From Puniceicoccaceae bacterium (GTDB taxonomy: Bacteria; Verrucomicrobiota; Verrucomicrobiia; Opitutales; Puniceicoccaceae), in the NCBI GenBank assembly GCA_036822055.1, contig DAISIK010000001.1, positions 66,989 through 90,988 of the forward strand: DNA of 24,000 nucleotides, written 5' to 3'. Below, piece by piece: positions 9,119 to 15,622 of the stretch (the first letter of the stretch is position 1; each line of letters opens with the position of its first letter). The notes beneath the pieces were generated by a model. That model was not told where the DNA came from. It searched no databases and worked only from the letters and a program-made list of their open reading frames with translations. The position numbers and the translations under genes were made by a program.

Positions 9119-11041
9119 ATGAGTGAACCCATCAAACACGAATGCGGCCTGGCTATCATCCGCCTCCGCCAACCCCTCGAGTACTATTACGAGAAGTACG
9201 GCACCCCTCTTTGGGGATTCTACAAACTCTTCCTCCTCATGGAGAAACAACACAACCGGGGACAGGATGGTGCAGGGGTGGGGGCCGTCAAACTCGGAGT
9301 CTCCCCCGGCCAGGCCTTCATGTTCCGCGAACGAAGCATCAAATCCAACCCCCTCGACCGAATCTTCAAGAGGCTGCTCGGAGACTACGAACGAAAGGTC
9401 TCCAGCGGAGACATTCATCCAGAATTTATCTCAACGGTTCGCGAGAATTTCGATTTTGCCGCCGAGGCCCTCATCGGTCACCTGCGCTACGCCACCAGCG
9501 GAGGCTACAATCAAGGTGCTTGTCACCCCTACACCAGGCGCAGCAACTGGCCCACCCGCAACCTCATGCTCGCCGGGAACTTCAACATGACCAACACCCC
9601 CAGCCTCAACCAACGTTTGATTGAGCGCGGCCAGCACCCTATTTTTGGCACTGATACCCAGACCATTCTCGAGGAAATTGGTTTCCATCTCGACGAGGAA
9701 CACGATCGCCTGTATCATTATTTCCGAGACGTCGAGGGGCTTGAGGGTGTGGCCAACAGCGCCCGCATTGCCAGAGAACTTCGCATCGAAAACATCATTC
9801 GCCCCGCCTCAGCTTCCTGGGATGGCGGCTACGCCATTGGCGGCCTTACTGGTAGCGGCGAGGCCTTTGCCACCCGCGACCCCTGGGGTATCCGCCCGCT
9901 CCACTACTTTATCGACTCGGAGGTCGTTGCCATCGCCTCCGAACGCGCTCCCCTCATGACGGTTTTCGACCGCAAGGTCTCGGAAGTGGAAGAGATTCCG
10001 CCCGGTCAATGCCTAATCATTGACCGAGCGGCCGAAACCCGATTTGCCACCGTCCGTCCACCCCAGGCCAAATCCAGCTGTACCTTCGAGCGGATCTACT
10101 TCTCCCGCGGCAACGACCCCGAAATCTACGCCGAACGCAAGCGCCTCGGCGCCGCCCTCGTTCCCCGGGTCATCGAGTCTATCGGAGACAACTTCGAGGA
10201 TGTCGTCTTTTCGTACATCCCCAATACAGCCGAGATTGCCTACTACGGCTTCATGCAGCAAATCCGTTCCTACCGCCGCCGACAGGTCAAAGAGGAGATC
10301 CTCCAGGCAGCCGCCGAGAATCGGATCAGCCCAGAGCTGCTCGATCGGGTGATTATGGGCTCCTGGCCAATCTCCGAGAAGGTTGCCCATAAAGACATCA
10401 AACTTCGCACCTTCATCACTCAGGAGAAAGAACGCACCCACCTCGCCTCCCACGTCTACGACATCTCCTACGGAACCGTTGAGCCCGGACAAACCCTCGT
10501 CTGTCTCGACGACTCCATCGTTCGCGGCACTACCCTCCGCCGATCCATCATCCAAATCCTCTCCCGACTCAAGCCGCGGCACATCCTCATCGCCTCCACT
10601 GCTCCCCAGATCCGCTACCCCGATTGCTACGGGATCGACATGTCCCAACTCGGCAAGTTCATCGCCTTTCAAGCGGCCGTCGCCCTCCATCAGGTTGCGG
10701 GACACAGTCACATCCTCTCCGAGATCTACGAAGCTTGCCTTGCCCAGCAGGATCAACCCCTCGACCAACCGATTCCCAACCAGGTACGGAGACTCTACTC
10801 CTCGTTCTCCGAAGCCCAGATCTCAGCCAAGGTCGCCGAGCTCATCACCCCCGAGATTCCCGACTGGGACGGCCGGGTCTCCATCCTTTACCAAACCATT
10901 CCCGACCTCCTCTCCGCCCTGCCCGAACACACCGGCTCGTGGTATTTCACCGGAGAGTACCCCACCCCCGGAGGCTTTCACGCCCTCAACAACGCCTTCA
11001 TCAATTTTTACGAGAACCGCATCTCGGCCCGTAGCTATTGA
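9119..11041 (+). CDS. purF: Amidophosphoribosyltransferase PurF, long (~640 aa) form
   Basis: N-terminal MSEPIKHECGLAIIRL places the Ntn-hydrolase Cys at position 9, implying a short propeptide. Also MEKQHNRGQDGAG and the PRPP-binding loop LVCLDDSIVRGTT. Confidence 0.93.
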   Translation: MSEPIKHECGLAIIRLRQPLEYYYEKYGTPLWGFYKLFLLMEKQHNRGQDGAGVGAVKLGVSPGQAFMFRERSIKSNPLDRIFKRLLGDYERKVSSGDIHPEFISTVRENFDFAAEALIGHLRYATSGGYNQGACHPYTRRSNWPTRNLMLAGNFNMTNTPSLNQRLIERGQHPIFGTDTQTILEEIGFHLDEEHDRLYHYFRDVEGLEGVANSARIARELRIENIIRPASASWDGGYAIGGLTGSGEAFATRDPWGIRPLHYFIDSEVVAIASERAPLMTVFDRKVSEVEEIPPGQCLIIDRAAETRFATVRPPQAKSSCTFERIYFSRGNDPEIYAERKRLGAALVPRVIESIGDNFEDVVFSYIPNTAEIAYYGFMQQIRSYRRRQVKEEILQAAAENRISPELLDRVIMGSWPISEKVAHKDIKLRTFITQEKERTHLASHVYDISYGTVEPGQTLVCLDDSIVRGTTLRRSIIQILSRLKPRHILIASTAPQIRYPDCYGIDMSQLGKFIAFQAAVALHQVAGHSHILSEIYEACLAQQDQPLDQPIPNQVRRLYSSFSEAQISAKVAELITPEIPDWDGRVSILYQTIPDLLSALPEHTGSWYFTGEYPTPGGFHALNNAFINFYENRISARSY

Positions 11042-11060
11042 CCAAGGCCGTGCGTGCCCG

Positions 11061-12083
11061 CTACTCGTCCGCTGACGGCAAGGAAACTTCTCTCAAACGC
11101 TTCAAGGTATCGTGCAGGTCTGAAACGAGGGGCTCCAAGCCTTCCCCGTATCCTGCAGAGATGCGATAGACCTTCTCCCCGGTTGCCACCTCCAGACGGC
11201 GAGCCACCTCCTCTGCTCCGGGCTCATCCATCTTGTTTCCTGCGATCAGATAGGGACGCTCCGCCAGCTCCGCTTTGTAGGCACGGACCTCCTCCCGGAG
11301 CACCTTAAAGTCCTCCACCGCATCCCTGCCGTCTCCCTCCGAAAGGTCGATCAGGTAGAGTTGGACCGGGCAACGTTCGATGTGTCTCAGAAACCGGTGA
11401 CCCAAGCCACGGTTTTCCGCTGCACCGTCGATCAGGCCGGGCACGTCTGCCATACGCAATCTACGGTAACGATCGTCGTACTCAGTGTATCCAACCGATG
11501 GAGTCAGAGTCGTAAAAGCATAGGCTCCAATCTCTGGCTTTGCCTTGGTCAAGCGACTCAGCAAGGTCGATTTTCCCGCATTGGGAAACCCAACCAGTCC
11601 CACGTCAGCAATCACCTTCATCACCAAGCGGTAGGCGCCTTCCTCGCCTGGGGCTCCCTCGGTGAATTTTCGCGGACTCTGGTTAGTTGCCGTTTTAAAA
11701 TGCACATTCCCCAGTCCTCCCTTCCCACCTTTGCAGATGACAAAGGTCTCCCCGTTTTCCAGCAACTCCTTCACCGTCTTGCCACTCTCCAAGTCGATCA
11801 CCTCGGTTCCTTCCGGAAGGCGCAGCTCTACGCTCGCCCCGTTCTTCCCATGCCGCTGCCGACCCATCCCTCCACCACCATGGCGGGCTTTCCAATTTTT
11901 CTTAAAATGAAACGCCCGGAGATCGGCCACATTTTCATCACAGACCAGCACAACGTCACCGCCCCGCCCACCGTCTCCACCATCAGGTCCTCCCTTGGGG
12001 ATATACTTTTCGCGGCGAAAACTCATCCCCCCATCACCACCGTTCCCGGCTCGCAGGGTAACCTTGACGTCATCAAAAAACAT
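11061..12083 (-). CDS. obg: GTPase Obg/CgtA (short form, no C-terminal OCT/TGS-like domain)
   Basis: 340 aa. Glycine-rich Obg fold (GNGGDGG...GGPDGGDGGRGG...GGKGGLGN), G1 GFPNAGKST, G3 DVPGLI, G4 GNKMD. Convergent with purF with only 19 nt between the stops. Confidence 0.95.
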   Translation of the reverse strand: MFFDDVKVTLRAGNGGDGGMSFRREKYIPKGGPDGGDGGRGGDVVLVCDENVADLRAFHFKKNWKARHGGGGMGRQRHGKNGASVELRLPEGTEVIDLESGKTVKELLENGETFVICKGGKGGLGNVHFKTATNQSPRKFTEGAPGEEGAYRLVMKVIADVGLVGFPNAGKSTLLSRLTKAKPEIGAYAFTTLTPSVGYTEYDDRYRRLRMADVPGLIDGAAENRGLGHRFLRHIERCPVQLYLIDLSEGDGRDAVEDFKVLREEVRAYKAELAERPYLIAGNKMDEPGAEEVARRLEVATGEKVYRISAGYGEGLEPLVSDLHDTLKRLREVSLPSADE

Positions 12084-12145
12084 TCACCACATTCCAGCGG
12101 ATCGGGCTCCGCTCGCAACGTAAATCAATCGCCCCGCCAACCGTC

Positions 12146-12865
12146 CTATTCCCGATCCTCTCTCCAATCCCGAGACCTCGTCGAGGGTATCGCTTCGCCT
12201 CCACGCACCATCGCCTGCAGCTGATCACCTTCCGCGCGTTGGAGGTCGATCACCACGTCCCAGCCGAAGGACTCCGACTCCCGCCCACCCATCTTCAAAT
12301 ACAATGTCTGGTCAGAGAAAAAACCGGTCTCCAGCGGATAGTCTCCCTCCCGCCCCTTCAGCCGACTGATCTCGCCCGCGGCCAGAGCGTTCATGAACCG
12401 GGCATTCTGCTCATCGGCTCGCACCCCTGCCATCCTTGGATTTCCCGACAACTTCGCTTGATAGACCACCAAAACCGAGCCTGCGGCAACGTCCACTACC
12501 GCCAGATCAATCTCACCGAGAGTTCTTCCGGACTGATTGAAGTATTGCACCCTCGCCACCACCTCGTATCGGGGAGCGGGGAAACGCTTTTTCAACTCCA
12601 CGAAACCCAATGCCTCGAGAACCGAACCCACCTTACCATAGTCAAAATTCAAACCCCGGATTGCCTCAGCATATCTATTCAGCAGCCTCTCCCGGTCTGC
12701 CTCAGCAGGCATCACAAACTGGGCTCGCTGGAGGGTTTCCTCGGGTGATTCGCTGCGGTCGACCGCCTCCTTCCCACAACCCGAGATCAGGAGACTAGCT
12801 ACCACCACCATCACGAGTGCCAACCAACGGCCGGAGTCCCTCCGCATTAGTTCAAAGCTTTTCAT
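12146..12865 (-). CDS. Hypothetical lipoprotein with a PD-(D/E)xK / Mrr-catalytic-like core motif
   Basis: 239 aa. N-terminus MKSFELMRRDSGRWLALVMVVVASLLISG|C is a lipoprotein signal with lipobox ISGC. The central part reads VLEALGFVEL...GEIDLAVVD...VLVVYQAKL. Lies 62 nt upstream of obg on the same strand. Confidence 0.6.
   Translation of the reverse strand: MKSFELMRRDSGRWLALVMVVVASLLISGCGKEAVDRSESPEETLQRAQFVMPAEADRERLLNRYAEAIRGLNFDYGKVGSVLEALGFVELKKRFPAPRYEVVARVQYFNQSGRTLGEIDLAVVDVAAGSVLVVYQAKLSGNPRMAGVRADEQNARFMNALAAGEISRLKGREGDYPLETGFFSDQTLYLKMGGRESESFGWDVVIDLQRAEGDQLQAMVRGGEAIPSTRSRDWREDRE
12779..12865 (-). other. Lipoprotein (SPase II) signal peptide coding segment
   Basis: Basic n-region (RR..R), hydrophobic LALVMVVVASLL, and lipobox I-S-G-C with Cys at residue 30. 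Confidence 0.6.
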
Positions 12866-13000
12866 ATTCAGATAGCCGATACCCCAATAGAAACAGCCAG
12901 TCGAGGGGCTTCCCTGTTAAACCTTTGTCATATTCCCCTCCTGCTCCTCATCCAAAGCTCCCAAGCCTCCTCTCTGGCATGACACCTGCACCGTTCTGCC

Positions 13001-13078
13001 ATGATCCGTTCACTCCTAATCCTCAAGGGCCTCCTCGCCTCCTCCATCCTTTCCACCCTCCCTCAAGTTACCTTGGCC
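13001..13078 (+). other. Putative Sec signal peptide of the MTAP-like protein
   Basis: n-region with R3/K9, hydrophobic core LLASSILSTL, and a c-region V-T-L-A followed by SEPP. Caveat: an in-frame TTG at 13073 could give a signal-less protein. Confidence 0.5.
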
Positions 13079-13963
13079 TCTGAACCCCCGCGCGATCCTT
13101 CCATCTTTATTGCCGTCGTCGGCGGCACCACCTTCGGTACGCCCGAAAAGTTTGGCGACGGTCTCGTCGAGAAAGAAGGCGAGTTTTCCTTCCAGACCAA
13201 GGCTGGACCCAGCCCGATAATCTATCGGATGCGGTATAAAGAGGTACCATTTTATTACATTCCAATCTACGGCATGGATTCCCGGAAACCCGGCGACCCT
13301 GAGTACGCCTACCACCTCCGGACCTGGACTGCCCTGTACGAGCTCGGCGTCACCCACGCCCTCAGTGGAGCCACTGCTGGCGGCATCAAACCAGAGTACG
13401 ACTACGATGACATTTTCTTAATCGACGACTTCATGGAGTTTCGCACCTCGCGCCCAAACAATGTTCTCGAACTATCCGGCCATCAACGCCCTGGCATCTT
13501 CCCAAACTTCGAAGCTCCCATCAGTCCCTCACTGCATCAGCTCCTCGTCGAAGAGTCGCATAAAAAGGCCAGTCAGGGATACTCCGGGAAGATTTATCCC
13601 AATGGAGTGTTCTTTCAGTTTGCACCAGGTCGTTTCGAAAGTCCGGCCGAAATTCGGGCTATGGCTCAGTTGGGAGCCGACATCACCAGCATGAATCAGG
13701 CAACCTGCATCATCTATGCTCGTCAGTTCGGCATCCGTTTCGCCTCCATTTGCTCGGTCTCCAATCCAGCTGTCGGGGTGCGACCCTTCACCTTTGAGGA
13801 AATGCAACAGAGTGTCCAAAGGATCGCCGCCTTTGCTGTCCCTGTTGTTCTAGAGGTTATTGCTCGCATCCCGGAGGAGGCCATGCAACCAGAGCCCAGC
13901 AGCACCGGCGACACTTTTGAGGGCTCCTACCTTAACCCCGAAGGAGAGACCACCGATGGCTGA
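13001..13963 (+). CDS. MTAP / purine nucleoside phosphorylase family (PNP_UDP_1)-like protein with N-terminal signal peptide and divergent active-site motifs
   Basis: 320 aa. By eye it is collinear with 5'-methylthioadenosine phosphorylase: FIAVVGGTT, TKAGPSP, WTALYELGVTHALSGATAGG, DDIFLIDDFMEFRTSRP, APGRFESPAEIRAMAQLGADITSMN, IRFASICSVSN. The N-terminus MIRSLLILKGLLASSILSTLPQVTLA|SE is Sec-signal-like. Confidence 0.7.
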   Translation: MIRSLLILKGLLASSILSTLPQVTLASEPPRDPSIFIAVVGGTTFGTPEKFGDGLVEKEGEFSFQTKAGPSPIIYRMRYKEVPFYYIPIYGMDSRKPGDPEYAYHLRTWTALYELGVTHALSGATAGGIKPEYDYDDIFLIDDFMEFRTSRPNNVLELSGHQRPGIFPNFEAPISPSLHQLLVEESHKKASQGYSGKIYPNGVFFQFAPGRFESPAEIRAMAQLGADITSMNQATCIIYARQFGIRFASICSVSNPAVGVRPFTFEEMQQSVQRIAAFAVPVVLEVIARIPEEAMQPEPSSTGDTFEGSYLNPEGETTDG

Positions 13964-14072
13964 TTCCAAAACAAAATCCTCTCCCCAGCGCCGAAGGTTT
14001 CTCAAACAGAGCCTTTCCACCGTCCTTGGAGTCGGCTTTCTCAGCCATGCTAGCCGTTCCCCGGCCATCGCC
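13956..14072 (+). other. Putative Tat signal peptide (RRRFLK motif)
   Basis: MADSKTKSSPQRRRFLKQSLSTVLGVGFLSHASRSPAIA. This is a near-consensus S/T-R-R-x-F-L-K motif, a moderately hydrophobic h-region, and AxA-like sites (SHA or AIA). Confidence 0.7.
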
Positions 14073-15560
14073 TCGACCCCCGCGTCAGCTCCCCCGGTCC
14101 CGGATATCGAGTCTCTTCCGCCCCTCCACCTCACCAGTCCTCTAACCAAATCGCCCTCTCGCTCAATCGCCGATCATTTTGAATCAATCAAGAGTTCGGG
14201 AGATCACGTCGCACTCTACAAGTTTCTCTACGCCCTCCCCAAAGGCGGAGACATTCACCACCACCTCGGCGGGGGTTTTCTCGCCCGCCGCTGGTACGCC
14301 ATCGCCACCGACCAAAGGCGCAATGGCGGACAAACCTTCTACACCCGCTGCCGTATCTCCCGCCCGGTCGAGTTCCCACTCCCTGCTCCCCTCAACCGGC
14401 CTCACCTCCACTTTTGGCTCACCCTCAACCAAGCTGAGTTCGATAAACTCTCCAGCGATCAAAAAACCGATTTCAAACCCCTGCAGGACCTCGATGATGA
14501 TGAGCGGGAGGCTTGGATCTCCTCGGTCAAACTCGATCGCCCGGGCGAGGGCCGGGATGAGTTTTTTGAATACATCTGGGGACGGCTCAACAACCTCCTT
14601 TTCAGCATCCACGTCTGCTCCGAGCTCGTGGTTGAGAACATGCAGCTACTCGGTGCCGAGGGCGTTCGTTACCTTGAGCTGATGACCTTCTACTCCCTTT
14701 GGCGTGACGAAAAGGGAACCATTCTTCCGGCCTCCGTGGCTGACCAATTCTGGAGGCACCGCCTTGCCCAACCCGACGCCCGGGCCACCGGGGTACTCGT
14801 TAAATTCAAGGCCGTCATCCTCCGTTTTGCTCCAGATGCGATTGAACGTGCCGAGCAGCACTTCGTCCATATCGATGCCAACCGCGACCTCTGGGTGGGC
14901 GTCGATATGGCCGGGCGGGAAGACGATAATCGAGGTTACCCGCGCCGCTTTACCGAGGTCTTTGATCGAATGCTCCGAAAATACCCGGAGATCAATATCT
15001 CCATCCACGCGGGCGAAGCAGAAAAGGCAGACCGCAACATCTTCGAGTCTCTCCGCCTCGGAGCGCATCGGATCGGCCACGCCATCAACCTGCTTCACGA
15101 CGAGCAGACCATGCAAATGATGCGCAACAATCGCCACCTCCTCGAAATCAATCTCGTCAGCAACCACCTGCTCGGTTACGTGCCAGATCCTGCCCTCCAC
15201 CCCTTCCCGATCTACCTTCGCCAAGGCATTCCCTGCTGCCTCAATACAGATGATCGAGGGATGTGGGATTCCAATATGACCGACGAGTACTTTCTCGCCG
15301 TCAGCCAGTTTAACCTCTCGTGGACTGAGCTGGTCCAGCTTGCTCGCAACAGCATCGAACACGCTTTCATCAGTCAGAGTGAGCGCGCCACTATTTCGCG
15401 GAGCTACGAATCCGCCCTCGAAACCTTTGCCAACTCCTACACTCGTTTCGATCCACCTTCACTCCTCGAATCAACCCCCGCCGAAACTTACGGCTATGGG
15501 CGCAAACACCTCGGTCTGGCTCGACTCGCCCGGACCCTTCCTCATTCAGGGAGTCTGTGA
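13956..15560 (+). CDS. Adenosine deaminase family protein, ADA2/ADGF (CECR1)-like, with twin-arginine (Tat) signal
   Basis: The track ORF starts at 13860. I place the start at the ATG at 13956, which overlaps the upstream stop by 8 nt (ATGGCTGA). 534 aa. Tat motif QRRRFLKQS followed by a hydrophobic stretch. Deaminase motifs all present: LPKGGDIHHHLGG, GVDMAGRED, SIHAGEAE, HRIGHAINL, CLNTDDRGMW. The long insert after the first His motif matches the ADA2 architecture. Confidence 0.8.
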   Translation: MADSKTKSSPQRRRFLKQSLSTVLGVGFLSHASRSPAIASTPASAPPVPDIESLPPLHLTSPLTKSPSRSIADHFESIKSSGDHVALYKFLYALPKGGDIHHHLGGGFLARRWYAIATDQRRNGGQTFYTRCRISRPVEFPLPAPLNRPHLHFWLTLNQAEFDKLSSDQKTDFKPLQDLDDDEREAWISSVKLDRPGEGRDEFFEYIWGRLNNLLFSIHVCSELVVENMQLLGAEGVRYLELMTFYSLWRDEKGTILPASVADQFWRHRLAQPDARATGVLVKFKAVILRFAPDAIERAEQHFVHIDANRDLWVGVDMAGREDDNRGYPRRFTEVFDRMLRKYPEINISIHAGEAEKADRNIFESLRLGAHRIGHAINLLHDEQTMQMMRNNRHLLEINLVSNHLLGYVPDPALHPFPIYLRQGIPCCLNTDDRGMWDSNMTDEYFLAVSQFNLSWTELVQLARNSIEHAFISQSERATISRSYESALETFANSYTRFDPPSLLESTPAETYGYGRKHLGLARLARTLPHSGSL

Positions 15561-15622
15561 GGTCTAATCAGCCTCCTCAACCAGATGATCTGCTTCGAGT
15601 AACCTGCTCGGATAACGCTCTC

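Noticed and set aside
11042-11060. The 19-nt gap between the convergent purF and obg stops, checked for a shared terminator.
   Set aside because: No inverted repeat is present. Any termination signal must lie within the coding regions or be factor-dependent.
8290-11075. Antisense and off-frame ORFs within purC and purF: 8290-9030 minus, 10013-10768 minus, 10383-11075 plus.
   Set aside because: These are shadow ORFs of strongly supported genes with low-complexity translations.
11361-12224. 287-aa plus-strand ORF opposite obg.
   Set aside because: Obg motifs on the minus strand are unambiguous. The plus-strand translation has no motifs and runs across the obg/lipoprotein intergenic gap.
13073-13075. 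In-frame TTG that would start the MTAP-like protein as MASEPPRDPSIFIAVVGG, with no signal peptide.
   Set aside because: I did not adopt this as the primary model. The upstream ATG-initiated segment has complete n/h/c signal-peptide organisation, and both neighbouring enzymes also carry export signals. It remains the main caveat to the export hypothesis.
12817-13083. 88-aa Pro-rich ORF spanning the divergent intergenic region and the start of the MTAP-like gene.
   Set aside because: It overlaps the signal-peptide coding region in another frame and has a Pro/Ser-rich composition. The 13001 frame continues into a recognisable enzyme.
14646-15362. 238-aa minus-strand ORF inside the deaminase gene, and the ORFs at 17252-19008 inside the permease and pdxJ.
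   Set aside because: Each is antisense or off-frame to a gene with clear catalytic or TM motifs, and none has features of its own.
15594-15612. Hairpin TTCGAG-taacctg-CTCGGA between the convergent deaminase and DUF62 genes, considered as a bidirectional terminator.
   Set aside because: It is only a 6-bp stem including a G-U pair, with no U-tract on either strand. That is too weak to call an intrinsic terminator.
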